DNA of 63,673 bases, the filler included, from Kipferlia bialata (lineage: Eukaryota): NCBI GenBank assembly GCA_003568945.1. It is 7 parts of 7 records of this genome, joined end to end, with 100 filler letters (N's around TTAATTAATTAA, not from the genome) between each part and the next. Parts side by side here need not be neighbours in the genome. Positions count along the whole stretch, not along the records: positions 1 to 12,881 come from BDIP01001016.1; positions 12,982 to 25,862 come from BDIP01001017.1; 5 more parts are not named here. One strand, 5' to 3'. The notes beneath the pieces are model-generated. The model was not told the DNA's origin. It worked only from the letters and a program-made list of their open reading frames with translations, and ran no database searches. This document shows positions 1 through 14,281 of the stretch, one piece after another (position 1 is the stretch's first letter; every line of letters begins with the position of its first letter). Position numbers and translations under genes: made by a program.

Positions 1-340
1 TGAGTGAGACATGCGTCAATACTAACAGTGTTTTGAATAACGTCAGCGGCACCCTAATTTTCAAATAGCCAAGGCGGCCGCCCTCGTAATAAAATACTAA
101 TACTATAATTAATATATAGGTCTAGTTTAGCTACTAGTAGTTTTTACCAATTTGTCATTTCCAATCCTAGTAACTTAGATCTAGGCCTAATATCAATATT
201 AATACTTAGTGGAGAGTTTAGGCTAAAGAACTGATACTTAGATCTAAGTTGGAGGATAGAGTTTTACCGTAAACCCCAGTGCTTGCATATCATATCAGTC
301 TCCTATACTATAGGCTATAGGTAGTGTGGGGCAGGGTTCC

Positions 341-2449
341 ATGCTTCTAAACGTTTTAGAAGCTCTGGTCTCGTCAGACCATACTCTTGTGAATCGCGCC
401 ACTGCTGCGATAGGTAGTGTGGAGAATCGCCCTGGATATTTACCATCTCTGTTGGAGGTTATCTTGGGAGCTGCTTCAGCGAATCCCATTCGGGAGGATG
501 TCCGAGCCATGGCTGGTGTACTTATCAAACAGAGTATCAAGCGGCACTGGTCTCCTGGTTGTTCTTCCTTTGAAGAGCCCGAACTGAATCAGCAAGACAA
601 GCAGCAGTTTGTAGATTCATTCCCTCTACTGCTCCGACTGCCAGAGGCTGACCTTTCTCGCCTTGGGTGTGCTGCATTCTCAGTGGCTGTGTCCTGTGAT
701 CACACCTTGATGACTCCCGCCCTGGCTGTAGTCGTGACGGCTGTGGAGTCCGGGGATGCCGTCGCTGTGAGAGGAGGAGTGGAGGCTCTAGTTCTCTTCG
801 CCAGGGATATTCCTGAGACCGAGGCAGCTCGTCTTCTGGTTCACGTTCACCCCCACCTGCTTCGCACATATGATTCCACTCCTACAACTCGAGTTCAGGT
901 TTGTACTGTGATGTGGCACCATTTACAACCGCATATTCTTACGAACAGGTGTTAGACGCGATTAGAGCACTCTACTGCTTTGCTACCGTCGTTCCCAACT
1001 CTCCAGAGGCTGCAGCTATGCAGGGACCAATTTGTGAGTGGTCAAAGCGTATCTCTGTTGCGCTATCTGCTGTGGATGTCGAGGTGCAGCACTATGCGGT
1101 ACGGGCGGCACAAAGCCTCCTAAACAACGCCTCACTGTTGGGCGATACCCTGTCTCCCCTGCTGGCATCGCTGTGGGGAATGTTGAGTGGTGTCATATCT
1201 TGTGATGAGGCAGATGCATCCAGTCAGAAGGCCGACAGGTGGGGCAACGTCATCTCCAGGCGCTCCAATGCCATTTGGGCTCTCGAGAGCACTACGGAGC
1301 TAGTGTCTAGGCCCTGTGCCGCTGGTCACCTCCAGAACAACTTGCGGCCCCTGCTTGAGTTGTCTCTGAGGTTCATTTGTATGGACGCAGAGGGCGTCGC
1401 CGATCTCTTGGCCGACCCCGAGCAGTGTGTGTTTGAGGAGATGGAGGGGTCACTGCCCGACAGTCCCAGGGCAGCTGCCAGGGCCCTCTTCACAGAGCTT
1501 GTGTCAGGATTCGAGAGTGCCCTAGGGGAGGCCTCTGTGCTGATCCCTGCCCTGTGTGTGGAGGCAGCTGACAAGAAGGTATCAGAGGCTGGATGGGCGT
1601 GGGATGGGTGTCAGTTTGAAGTGGGTTTGGATAGAGGTTGGTATATACTATTTGTGCTGCCCACTCACTTAGGACCCATATCTCCAGGAGGCTGCTCTCT
1701 GCGCAGCACAAAGCATGGCCACTCAGGTTGGTGGCATTGGATGGGTGGTTATATCTCATTATCAGTACATGTATGTATAATAAGTACATGTTTTCTGTGT
1801 GTGTGCATCTGTAACCCAGTGTCGAAGATATGTTTGTTAACTCTTTCAGGCTGCTGACGATCTGGAAGAGATTGAGGGAGATGAGGGAGATGAGGATACA
1901 GACCTGGCACAGGACGGGCCTGTAGCATTCTTCCGCCAACTCATCAGTCAAGTGGTCATCCCGCTTCTGCAGCCATCTGCCCCGACCTTCCTAGCGTCTA
2001 GGTATGTTGTCTAGGTGTGGTGTGTTGGGCGGCTTCAGTTTCTCTGAGTCACTTTCCCCCGATCCTTCACGTGCATATTTATCCGTAGGGCCTTGATCCT
2101 AGCCGGGCACTGTGCACCCTTCCTGCCGGAGAGCCTGTGCTCCCAGTTCTTTGGAGTGGCATCCGGCACTCTGCTGCGTAAGGACCTGGACGAGCTCCTT
2201 CGCATATCTGGCCTCTTTGCAGTGCAGAGTCTGGCGGCAAAGGTGTCCACATCCACTCTCAACGCCAATGCCGCGTCGTCATTCTCTTCTCTGCTCTCCC
2301 TGCTCTCCGAGCACCCCAGTGAGGATGTGCTGCACCTGGTCCTTGACACGGTGGCAGTGCTAGCGGCCAAGGCTCCAGGGCAGGCCCGGGGTTGTCTGGC
2401 AGAGCTGCTAGAGGCCGTGTGCACCACTTGGAAGGTATGTATATATATT

Positions 2450-2487
<38 letters not shown>

Positions 2488-3685
2488 AGTATACCCGTAT
2501 ATATCAGTGCAGAAAACGCATTTATGCTCGAGTTTTGTGTATATATACACATGTATTGCACACATTTCATTATCACCGTCCCATCCTTGCCCACCCCAGA
2601 CAACCATCAACGACCCCTTCGCAGCCATGTCCGTCTCCGAGATAGTGGGCAACTTCTCTCTCTGTGCGGAGTGTGTGCCTGCGCTGCGGTGTGTCTTCTT
2701 TGACGGCGTTGTGGGGGACCTCGTGCACCTGGCCAGCAAGAACCCCTATCTACAGACCTCTTCTCTCTCCATCATGCGCTCAGCTTGCCTGCATGCTCCT
2801 CTATCCACCTCCCGCGTTGGCAGACTCGGGCCCGTGGTGGCTCTGCTAAGCGATGATGACGACGAGACCGGCGAGGCAGCCGCCCTTCTCCTCCAAACAG
2901 TTCTGTGTCACACTGTGTCTCCTCCCCCCCCTGCCGAATTTGTCGTGGCCGTCTACACGAAGACACTCGCTCTGCTGCCCCTCGCCGATATGGCTCTACG
3001 CTCCAGTACCGTTAGCATTGGGCTCCTGCGTCACACCGCCACTCTGGGTGCCGACAGGGCGGTCTGTCTGGCAGGCGGGCTGGTCAGCCTCCTATCATCT
3101 GTGGAGAGGGTCACCGTGTGTGAGCGCATAGCGACAGCCCTCTCCCAGGCTTGCTTCGCCCAGAATCCCATCCCTCTGGCGTCCCTAATCGGGTCCCTGC
3201 CCTCCGCAGCGCTGACCGCGTCCCTGTCCCGGTGGTGCTCTCAAGCCCCAAATATGGTGACACACACCGCCAGGACAGGCAGCGCCGGTCTTCTGCTGCA
3301 GGCCCTGCCCGTCCTGCAGGCCCAAGGCCAGGACCCCACCTTCCCGGTGGATGTGCCTGTGGACGAGGGCCTCTACCGGCATAGCACAGAGACTGTCGCC
3401 CGGCCCTTTGCCGAGGGGGTGCTGCACCTCTGCTGCCACCAGCTATCGATGGCGGCCAGGCTCAGGGAGGTGACGCTGTTTAACGACGACGACGACACCA
3501 TTGATGACAAAACGACCGAGGTCGACATCGATCTGCGGTCAATCCTGAGGGCCTTTGTCCAGGCATCCCTGGCCTCTCCTCAGAGAAACGTATGGGCAGG
3601 GGTGTTTGGGCGTCTTTCAGCTACCAGTCAGGCCTTACTGCACACCCTGTCGACAGAGAGACAGAGTGCGTCTCCGATGCATTGA
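341..3685 (+). CDS. Importin-beta family HEAT-repeat protein, importin-9-like (multi-exon)
   Basis: ATG at 341. N-terminus has an IBN_N-type motif (DVRAMAGVLIKQSIKRHWSP). GT-AG introns such as 899-948 and 1579-1672 join ORFs 326..955, 901..1857, 2093..2488 and 2507..3685. Stop TGA at 3683-3685. Subfamily assigned from remembered similarity only. Confidence 0.65.
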
Positions 3686-4301
3686 ATCGTTTGTGTTGTT
3701 TTTACTATTGGTATGGACAATAGTCCATATATTATTTATTGGTAGTACTAGGCCTAGTATCGTGTGCTTCAAACCTACTGTTCACACTCGCATTGCATTG
3801 GAAATAGAACAGCAGGTGCTTCAGGAAGTCCTCCTTACTGGTAAACAAAAGCAGTCAATTCATACCCTCAGTTGATTCATATTGGATTCTCTGTTGTGCC
3901 CCAGGTCAAGACAACGTACGGCTTGTAGAGCTATCAGAATGAGGACACACGACACAAATGCCGATGGGTGAATGGTAAGCTTAGTTCATTCAGTGAAACC
4001 TACTTTTTGGCAAACATTGGAGGACGCAGCTGATTGATTATCAAGAGATTAGGCCTATATCAAGTTGATCAATCATCTACATCAAGGCTTGATATAGCAG
4101 CTGGACCCTAATAGTTCTCAATAGAGTCTATTTCAGCATTCGGGATTACGCAGAGCCCCAATAACGCACTGATGATAGTAAGCCTATTAATAATAATACA
4201 CACAGCTCTACAACTCTACAACTATCCTCAAAATCCTAATTCTATATTCATTATCACATCTTCGGCCCTCAGACAAATACTAAACACTGCTCTCCTAACA
4301 A

Positions 4302-6369
4302 TCACTGCTCTCCCGAGTCAGACTCAATCTCATCTGGCACCGCCGCAGCCACAGCCTCCGGGTGGGGGTCCAGGGCTGCCGGGCTTGGCACCTCAGGGGC
4401 AACCGTGTCAGTTACTGTGTCGCAAACAGCCTCTGCCTCGGCGGGTGCCTCGGCATCAACGGTTGCGGCATCGGCTGCCTGGGCCCCAATGTCCTCGGCC
4501 TCGGCATACACCCGCCACCCCTTCACAAGCTTGTCCCTGCCAAATGTCAACAGCAGGCCGCTCTCAGCGGACAGGAAACAGCCTAGGACCCAGTTGCGGT
4601 GGGCCTCCCACTCTGCCAGCTTGACCCCGACAGAGGCGTTCCAGGCAATGACGCGCTTGTCGTCTCCAGTGCTGAAGAGAATACGCCTCTTTGTGTCCCA
4701 AGCGATGCCCTTCACCTAACTGTGAGAGTGATATAAACAACAAACAAGAGGGCGATGCCAGCCATACCTTGGACCGGTGTCCCCCCTGCACGGGGCCCAG
4801 CTTCAGCTTGAGCTGGCCGGCATCCTCGCCCATGAGCCACCCGCACACACAGGAGTCGAAGGACCCGGAGAACAGATACTGGGTGTCGGGGTCAAAGAAG
4901 AGAGACCGCACCGACCCAGTGTGGCCACACTCGGCAGCGTTCTTGCCCTCCACAGCCTCCCCAAGGACACAGATGAGCTCTAGACCCTCAAAGCTGCCCT
5001 TGATTCTGCAGTTAGGAAGAGTTCAGAGACTGAGAGACTACGTGTAAAATAGTGATGTTATGAAATGTTTCTGAAAATTCATATGTGCCACATAATACAT
5101 GTTGATTCCTCTTGCAGATACTGGATTATAATATCCTCCAGAGCAATATACAATACATACACACAGTTACACAACATACATAGTATAAACCATATACCGC
5201 TAGACATGGGACGTGTAATACCTGTAGACGGGTATGACGTGGTCCATGGTGCCGAAGAACACCCTGCCGCCCTCCAGGTCCAGGGTGAAGGTGTGGATGG
5301 CGGCAGACCCCAGACGGCTGCCCTTCATGGTTCTGTGTCAGGAGGGTGTGTCAGAAGGGTGTGTCAGAAGGGTGCGGTGTATCAGTAGGGTGAGATGCAA
5401 CAGTATACACGTATATGCCTGCTCTAAACCCCATATCACGTCACGGGTCCTTCCATGTCAGTATCAGTGTATGTAGACTGTATATAGACTCGTTACCTGT
5501 CCTTCCAGTTGAACATCCTGAACTGCTTGTCCTTGCCACACGAGATGATGGTGGTGGCAGAGGGAATCACAGCTATCTTGGTGACAGCCTTAGTGTGGGC
5601 GTCGATCTCTCCTCTGAACCTGAAGGAGGTGTAGTCCTCGGCCAGGGACAGGAGGAGGATGAACCCGGACTTCAGACCTGCTGCAACCAGACGGTTCTCA
5701 GGGTGGTAGGCAAGAGCAGTGATGCTAGAGTTACAGGGGAAGTGACACTGAATTCTCCACTTCTGATAGGAGTCGTCCACGGCACGGAAGACACGCACTG
5801 ATGGTGAGAGACACAACTAGAAACCGAGTGACAACTGCTCAGAGACCCGCACCATTAACACGGAGGAGATACAGGGTGGAATGGAACAGACAATAGGTTA
5901 AGACTTGACATATGGTGGCCAAGACAACGACATACCATGCTTGTCCGAGGAACCAGTGATGACCATCTTCTCCTCAGGCACGTAGAGAATGTCATTGACA
6001 TGGTCAGTGTGACCCTGCAGGGTGAAGAGAAGGTCCTGGGATAAGTATGAACATAAATAGACCTGTATTCTCTAGAGCTAGCTCCAAAACAGCATGATTC
6101 TCCTACGATCCCTCCAAAACAAAAAGCATTATCAGTCAAATCCCTCTCACACCTCCAGTGTCGCTGTTCAGAAAAATACCGAAAGTGGAGGATACGAACC
6201 TGAACAACAGACATGACTCGTGCCTGTGGTTAGAGAGCAATGAGCTCACTTGAACGCTGGAGGTCTCGAGGTTTGAGGGTTTAGAGGGAGGCTCGGTACT
6301 TACTGACGGTATCAACTTAGAGTCACAGAACTTACTCATCACAGTTTTAGGAGTTTCAATCTCTGGCAT
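4302..6369 (-). CDS. WD40-repeat protein resembling WDFY1/2 but lacking the FYVE domain (multi-exon)
   Basis: Spliced peptides GHTDHVNDILYVPEEKMVITGSSDK / ITALAYHPENRLVAAGLKSGFILLLSLAEDY...AHTKAV / GHTGSVRSLFFDPDTQYLFSGSFD / GHRSKVKGIAWD are colinear with the WDFY1/2 WD repeats. Stop at 4302-4304. The 5' exon structure (ATG 6369) is tentative. Confidence 0.65.
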
Positions 6370-6528
6370 CCACGCTGGACCTCCTTCTTGGTATATATTG
6401 TCGTATTATATATTGTCGGTTACAACTACAGGATTGATGTATTGTGTGAGTAGCAACAATATAACCAGTAATGAACCAGAACAACAGAAAATACCATACA
6501 TAGTAATCGCTATGCCTAGTAGTTCTAG

Positions 6529-9500
6529 CTATACATTTATGCCTAGATACTCCCGAATTCTCAGTGAGGCATCATCGAGTGTCTCTGGCACACACAGAGG
6601 CAGAACCAGGTCCACACCCGTGCCCGGCACAGAGGGGCGGCCAAAGGCGTCATGGGGCTTGCAGACACCCGGAAGCCTGACACCCCCGGCACACACGGGG
6701 CACACCAGAGAGTCGCCACCTCCAGCCAGGGCGAGAGAGCTCCTCTGGCCTAGGGGGGCCTGACAGTGGGGGCACTCCGCATACTGCTCGACAGAGAGAG
6801 GCATGCCACATGAGGCGTCCAACACGATGTGTGACATGCAAGATGGGCAGGAAGCAGCCGTGACGGGTATTGTTCCATCACAGATGGAGCACGGCACGGC
6901 TTCCGGTAGCTCGTCGGTGTCCGTGCTGCGGTGCTTCCTCACAATGGTCTCCACCTTCCGTCTGTACCGTTCGTCGATGCTGTCTCTGTGCTGCTTCAGC
7001 AGGGTGCGGCCCAAACAGAAGGACGTCTGACGCATCTTGGCCCTGTACGTCTCCACGACGGCCGACAGCAGTATCTGGGGGGCAGACTCCCCAAAGCGGT
7101 GGACGTGCTGGCATACTCGGGACAGACACACCGCGGTGCACACGTGGTCCTGGATACGCAGCAGCCGCTTGGACAGAGTATAGGACACGAGTACATACAA
7201 CTCGTCCAAGAGATCGGCCGGTACCTTGAACCCCAATGACCGTATGGCCCTGACACAGTGGGAGAGCTGCTGCTGCGCGGCCTTATGGTTACCATCTGCC
7301 TGTAGCTGCAGAGCGACGTCTGACGCAGTGCGTGCGGCAGCGGCAACATCCCCCAACACCAGATAGAGGCGCGGCCTCAACCGCTGCACTGCGGGACTGT
7401 GGCTGGCGTTGACATACTCGGCCACCTGCCTTGCCACGGCCTCCGAGTCCGGGTTGTTCTCGAGCACAATCAGCGCCTGCTCCACATGGGACCCGTCCTC
7501 AGTGTCAGATTCCAGCAGCAATTGCACGGCCCCTTCGGGGTCTCCGCCCTCATCCAACAGGTGGGCTGCAAACTGTATCTGGCTCGGGTCCGTCGACTGG
7601 GCAAAGTGATCTGCTATCTGGCCGAGTTGGGCGGGGCCCACCAGATGGGGGTCGAAGAGACGCATGAAGACGGCCAGCGTGCCCTGGGCCTGGGCTGCCT
7701 GGGGTGAGGGGGCGCTAGACAAGAGTATGTAGTATACAATGGTATATGGTTACTTGGCCAATGACCAAAGATTCTGACTCCAGTACCTGAAATGCCTGGT
7801 CGACCTCCCCTGCGGCCAGATAGAACTCCGTGGCCGCCTCACTGTTCCCAACTGAGGCCATGTGGTTGGCGAGGGATAGGGCCGATGCTCTTCTGGTGAG
7901 ATTGCAATATGAGATCGAATGGGGCACTAGTGTCGGTAGGTTAAGAAACAAGGACATGCATACAACGTGTCAGTACCTGTATCGGGTCCGTGCCTCCTCG
8001 AATGCGGCCGAGCACTCCGTCTGGCGCTCTGCCACACGCTGGGCCTCCTCCCTCTCACTTTCTCTCTCCCTCTCTGCGTCGCGTCCCGGCAATGAGCTAC
8101 GATCTATAGACGCTGAGACGCTGTCGGTGTAGTCCGACCCGGCTGCATAACCGGCCTGGGCCGCCTGGGCCCTAGAGGGTCAGGGGTGAAAATGTTATAC
8201 TGCAAAAGGCTGAGAGTCCCAATGGATAACACATATATAGAGCAAGAAGTATACAGCCAGGTCGCGCACCTCGCCTCTGTCTCCTCTCCCGCCGCCCTCA
8301 CTAGTGTCACCGCCTCCCCCACTCGGTCCAGCTTCAGTAACAGGGACACACACGCCGTGGTGTTACCCGCCCTACGGTACAGCTCGATAGCTCTGTCCGG
8401 CTGTGCCTTCTCGTTGACCTTGGCCAGGTCGGAGAGCAGGGCGGGGTCCGACACAGACTTTAGCAGTCGCTCAGCGGATGACACGAGGCGTGCCTTGAGG
8501 TAGCATCGGCAGGCCCGGGCCCTTCCCTTGGAGGGGTCAAGAAGAGCCTCCATATCGGGACTCAGCATCTCGGCCTGAATGTAAGCAAGACGAATCATTC
8601 AACACATATCTACATCAAGATCGTTTCATATTCATTGTAACTGAGCATCGCAGAGTCCCCATGTATCAGTCCGGCCTGTCTCCACGTACCTTCGGCCCAG
8701 CCTGCACAGCCTGTATGAGGTCTGAGTAGGCAAGGTGGAGGGCAGCGGCACTCTCGTAGTGCCTCTGGCCCTCCACCTGGGTGGCCGCCTCGTAGCACAG
8801 GAAGGAGCGCTGGATGGGGTTCAAGACGTCACCCTCTGCGTAGTGGTACACCCTGTCATCGGCCTCCCCTTCATACGAGGGCAGAGTCCGTTGCATCCCG
8901 TCCTTGACTCTCCCTGCGGTGTGAGAATAAGACCCCCGACCCAAGATAGAAACATGCGCCTCGTATACTCTTCGCTATACCCATACCTGCCTTGATCAGG
9001 CACCTAGCCACCCCCCCTGCCGCACACTGTCTGCCATAGAGGTCGATGTCGGTGCTGCTCTCAATCTCACGGTAGAGCTTCAGAGCAGCAGTGAGGTCAC
9101 CTGATGTTAACTAGCCACCATAATATCATTCCCACACTACACATACAACCCTGGATGTACGGGTGAATCCTGACCTGTCGACTCCAGGTGCGTGGCCCAT
9201 CCGAGGTGCAGATCCACAACCACCGACGCCGGGGCCACATCCCGGGCCAGCTCGGATGCAGTCTCGTAGTCCATCGCATGCATCTGACACCCTACGGCCA
9301 GCCCCACCCGTCTGGAGGCCATCAGGTTCCGCTCAGCTGCCTCAGGTGTGTTCCGGCCTAGGTATGCAATGAGACCCCGGACGGCTAGGGAGTCAGACTC
9401 CGGCACCAAAATGCGTTGGACAAACACAGCTCTTGCTGCAGCAGAAAAGGACTCCTGTCCGTCAGTGTGAGAGTCAGTGTCAGAGTCAGTGTCAGTATCA

Positions 9501-12500
9501 GTGTCACACAGAGCTGGTCGCAGATAGAGAGTACATGGAGTCAATTATCACTATTGTCATTAACCATATTACTCCTAAAAATGCAATGCAATGTGACACA
9601 ATGATCTGGGATGTATTATATATATATATTACATTACCTGGACAATCCCGGGGAGAACCTTGGGGGCCTTGTGGGACAGCATTCTCTCAGCCTCTGGCAG
9701 CCCAAAGGTGAGGAGGGAGAGCTCCCTGTAGCTGGCCAGTGCCCCCTCAACGTCGCACACGTCCAGACAGGCCGCTGCATGTGCCAGATAAGCAGACACG
9801 GTCCCAAGACGGACGGCCAAACGCCAACCGATCTTTGTATCACAACGACTGAGAGCCTCCTTTAGCGCCTGTGACACCATGCGCTCCTGTCTACTGCCCT
9901 CACCCAGCCTAACGTATGTAGGCCTGTCGCTGCGGATCACGGCGACCCCCTCGGACGCCACCACGGCTGGCTCCACGACTGTGAGGAGAGAGTCCAGGGT
10001 GCCGGTGGACAGAAGCTCTGCCGTGGCCTCGAGTGGACGGAAAGGAGAGACTGCCAGGTCGCCCTTGACCCCTGCCACCACCATGCCAGCTGCTGCCCCC
10101 ATAGCGTGGGGTGCGGCGGGACATGGCACCTGGGACGCGGCCAACAGGACGGGGCCGTCTGTGGGGACGTGACTCCGGTGCACGCCATACACACTCATCG
10201 TCTCATCGGCAAACGTGACGTACAGGGTGTTATCCAGGACAGTGTCGAAAAAGACAGATGTGCCGGGGGCACAGGCCGAGGGCAGGGACAGACAAGCCAC
10301 GGTGCCGTCACCCGGAAACCAGCATCGGATCTCCTTCCCGTCTGCCCCTAGCACGGCCATGCATCCTGCCCCAGGGGCCAGTGCACAGGAGAGGGGGACG
10401 GCAGGCGCTATGTGGGGTAGGGAGACAGAGGCCAGGGAACGCACAGACACGTGCCGTTCCTTGGGATGGTCCACACTCATGTAGTGCAGCGCAACCCTGA
10501 CGGCGTCTCTGGTGACAGTGGCCACGCCCAGCACACTCCCAGAGACACACACAGGCCCCACCTTCCCGCCCCTAGTATCCACCGTACACTGGTGCTTGAC
10601 CGTGTCCAGCACAACCTGGTTGTCGTCTGCCCCCACTATCACAGGCACACGAGACTGGTCCTCTGCCCCCGAGGGGTCTGCGTCTGAGGGCACGTCTGTC
10701 ATGAGGAGTCGCGGGGCATGGCGCACTGCCTTGGACAGGGTCACCTTCTTGCACACACTGCCGAGGGAGACAGACACCCCGTCGAAGTCGTCGTCCTCTA
10801 GAGTCTTCGACAGAAAGTACTTGTTAGCGTCCGACTCTATGAGTGCATGGCACCCAGACACAGCCAGGCGCCGCACCGACACGTCCCCGACGTCGATGGA
10901 GAGGGTGCGCCCTGCATCCATGAGGACCCCCTCGTGTCTGAGCAGGGTGACAGACCCAAAGGAAGGGGAGAGGCCGCATGTCCAGCGACCCTCCATCTCC
11001 ACCGGGACACAGCCAGCTGACACGACCGTTACATTGAGAGCAGTGATAATGACATGTCCTGAGGTTGGACACAGATAGTACATACATGCGACTCTATGTA
11101 TACATATTCATACATACACACTCTCAGGGCATGACAGACCTGATGTCAGACCCAGGGCCTGGCTGTTGCCGGTGGGGGAGGGGGACACGACGGCCAGCTG
11201 GGTGGTCTGCCTCAGGTGCCGGGCAATGCCGCCCTTCAGCATGCTCAGCATCTGGGAGTGCGGCACAGGGTCGCCCTCCTCATCTAGACCCTCAGAGAGG
11301 GTGACAAGATGTCTGCTGTCGCTCAGCGCATACCCACCCCCTCCCAGCCGCACCAGCATTCCCATCCCCCCCCTATCTCTCTCGGGCGCGCTGCATGGGT
11401 ATACTCCTCCGAGTACAGACACAATATCTCTTGACACTGATGAGTGAAGAGACCCATATGTGGCGTGACTTATAAGATCAGATCCGAACCCTCTCCGGCT
11501 GATCTTTAGGGAGTAGAGCCCGAGGCCCCCCTCCCCCACGGCCAGAATCAGCAAGTCTCCGCCCTCTCCCCCCACCCTGGGGAGCATATCCAGCACTGTG
11601 ATGCCCTCGTCCTCCAGACTGAAGGAGGAGGTGGACACCGACGAGTGGGTGCTGTTGAGCACAACCAGGCGCAGCTCGGCTGCAGTCTTTGTCTGGACCA
11701 CTGCCAGCACCCCAAGCCTGGGTGATCCGTCCAGTCTGACCGGGAAGAGCCGACCACATGCAGTACATCCGCGACCTAACAGTCAGGAAATGAGGCGAGA
11801 ACACCACTGAAAGAAGTAGACTGGATAAATACAGTAAGTCAATACAATGAAGGACACTCACCAAGAGACTGGCTGGCCAGCAAACGTCCATCCCTATCAC
11901 TGAAAGAAATAGAGTTGTCCTGTGCAGAGGAGACAAGTATATCTCTCTCCCATCCCAGATATGACACGGCACTGCTGTGCTTGGACAGCACAGGCTTGGC
12001 CAGCTTCTTCCCATTCAGCCTGTGCAGCCACAGGTGTCCACTACTTAGCCCCACTGCAAGCCGGCTCTCTCCTTCTGGATCCTCAGTCTGGAAGGCCAAA
12101 CAAGTCACATGGCCCTTGGCTCCCTTGGGACACTCCAGCTCGCTTGTCTGTCTTGACTGCACGTCAAGGAGGTACACCCTGCTGTTTCTAGTACCCACGG
12201 CAAGATGAGTGCCGGAGGCATTCCAGCTCATACCCACGACAACATCCCCCTTGACATTGATCTGAGGTCAAAAAGACTTCATGAATGGCATGGCCTGGGG
12301 AAATGTCTTACTTACCGACTCAAATAGCTGTCCAAATGGTTCGTACACGTGTACAAACTTTGCCGAGGCGTTCCGGGCAGAAGTCGCAAGGAAGTCGCCA
12401 GATGGAGACCAATGGAGAAGAGGGGTCTTATTAGCATGAAAGGACCCCTCCAGAGTGAAGATCTCCTTCTATTGTGAGATTGATGATTGAATACAATACA

Positions 12501-12584
12501 CAGAACAGAATGCAATTTCAGCAAGGCCAAGCCAAACCGTTATACTCCACTTCAACAAGCAATCTCCCATGAGTAGTATACCAT
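6529..12584 (-). CDS. WDR19: Intraflagellar transport protein IFT144 / WDR19 (multi-exon)
   Basis: N-terminus M|KEIFTLEG...WSPSGDFLA...PVLSKHSSAVSYLGW matches the WDR19 WD region. C-terminus ILLSAVVETYRAKMRQTSF...IDERYRRKVETIVRK...CSIC...CPSC...CPHC...CPVC matches the WDR19 terminal helical and Cys-rich region. Probable ATG-only first exon at 12582-12584, intron 12469-12581. Confidence 0.88.
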
Positions 12585-12881
12585 CTTCTTCCTCTGTCTT
12601 GTAAGGTAGGTAGGGTGCTTGGAGCGAAGCCGCCTTAATATAGAGGAGTCGCCCCATTACGTGACCATATGCCAAACATGAACTAAATTTGGTAATATGG
12701 ACACACACAAATTCTATTAAAAACTTGGTATAGATTAATTGGTGAAACCAACGGAATTGCGTGAGTCACTGCATAGCATGACCCTTTTTTCGCCGACGGA
12801 GTTCTTGTCTAGCTAAGTCATAGAGGGAGAGAATCTATGTTTTTGGCGGCTATCAAGCCTAGCCCCTTATGTGTTATATAA

Positions 12882-12981
12882 NNNNNNNNNNNNNNNNNNN
12901 NNNNNNNNNNNNNNNNNNNNNNNNNTTAATTAATTAANNNNNNNNNNNNNNNNNNNNNNNNNNNNNNNNNNNNNNNNNNNN
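12882..12981. other. Artificial contig spacer
   Basis: 44 N + TTAATTAATTAA (stops in all frames) + 44 N, identical at six positions in the window. Confidence 0.97.
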
Positions 12982-13244
12982 CAGTATATTGGCCTACACA
13001 CGTAGTACTAGCAGCTATAGTCATATTATAAGTACCACTATGCTCTAATTAGCGCAAATACCCAATAATTATTCTACGCGATTACATATTACAGTTGTTA
13101 GGAGGAAGCGAATGAAAATGAGCGAATCGCAAGCGAATTAATCGCGCGAATATGAATGGGATTTTCGAACTAGTTGCCATGTATGGTCCAGACTGCAAAT
13201 GTCTTCTGAATATATCCTCTACCTGTGTCCTCCCTCCTCTTTAG

Positions 13245-14250
13245 TATCCAGACAAGCCAGACGGAGCTGAGAGTCAGCATCTTTCCGCACAGAGCGAGTT
13301 CCTCCGCGCTTCTCGCCATCACACTCCAGTCGCGGTATTTTGATCCAGACTCTGGATTCCAGTTTCATGTAGCTGAACTAGGCTCTTACATGATAGTATC
13401 TATTAGTAATAGATTCTATTACCCTGAGAAACTGGGCCATCGGTACTCTCTCCCTTTGTCAAGGGGTTCGAGCAGTCCAATTGTTGGAGAGAGAGAGAGA
13501 GAGACGAAACCGAGAGTACATGCCTGCCTGCTTCACTGGAAGGACATGTCTTCTCTCTTCAAGTTGACCTTCAGGTGCACTGAGTCATTCTCACTTTTGT
13601 TATACTGAGTGACACTCAAAAAGGAAAAAGGGGTTTAGTATCTAACGTTTGAAACGTGGTGTAGCTACCTGACAAGCTGTAGTCTTTCCCACTGTATACA
13701 CCAATCCAAATGTCACACACAATGTCATATCAGAACGAGCGGTCACGTGTGAGGAGCGAACCCGCAGAGCAGACGAAAATGCCTTCTCTTCGTCCATTAC
13801 TCCCTGGTACTCTCAGCTAGAGCAACCTGAAGTGACTTTAGACTGGTAGTAACCCCACCACACCTTCTAGAGCCCCAGAGGACCTATTTGTGATACTACT
13901 ACCCTTCTTGGTTGTGTTTTGGTGTTGTTTAGGCCATGCCATACACGCAGAGTGTCTCTACCATGAGTGACTGTGAGAGCAGCAGTGAGTCGCTCTCTCT
14001 GTCCATGTCACTCTATGCACAGGTACCTTCTGCATGTATATGCTATTTTGGTACACGCTTGCGGATCCTGATCCTGGCCCTGTCCCCTCTCTCTCTCTCT
14101 CTCTTTGTTTGTCCAAGTATACTATACTCAGTCGTCTCCGCCACCTTAGCTGCGGTACCATCCCCTTCCCCCCCCCCTTTGTCCCTCTCTCTGACTCCAG
14201 GCTGACATCCGTGCCTCAGGCTTCGCCACTCTCCTGCCACCCCTGGTAAG

Positions 14251-14281
<31 letters not shown>

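Noticed and set aside
12882..12981. Palindromic TTAATTAATTAA flanked by Ns, recurring six times
   Set aside because: Identical 100-nt artificial linker between contigs. Gene adjacency across these spacers has no biological meaning.
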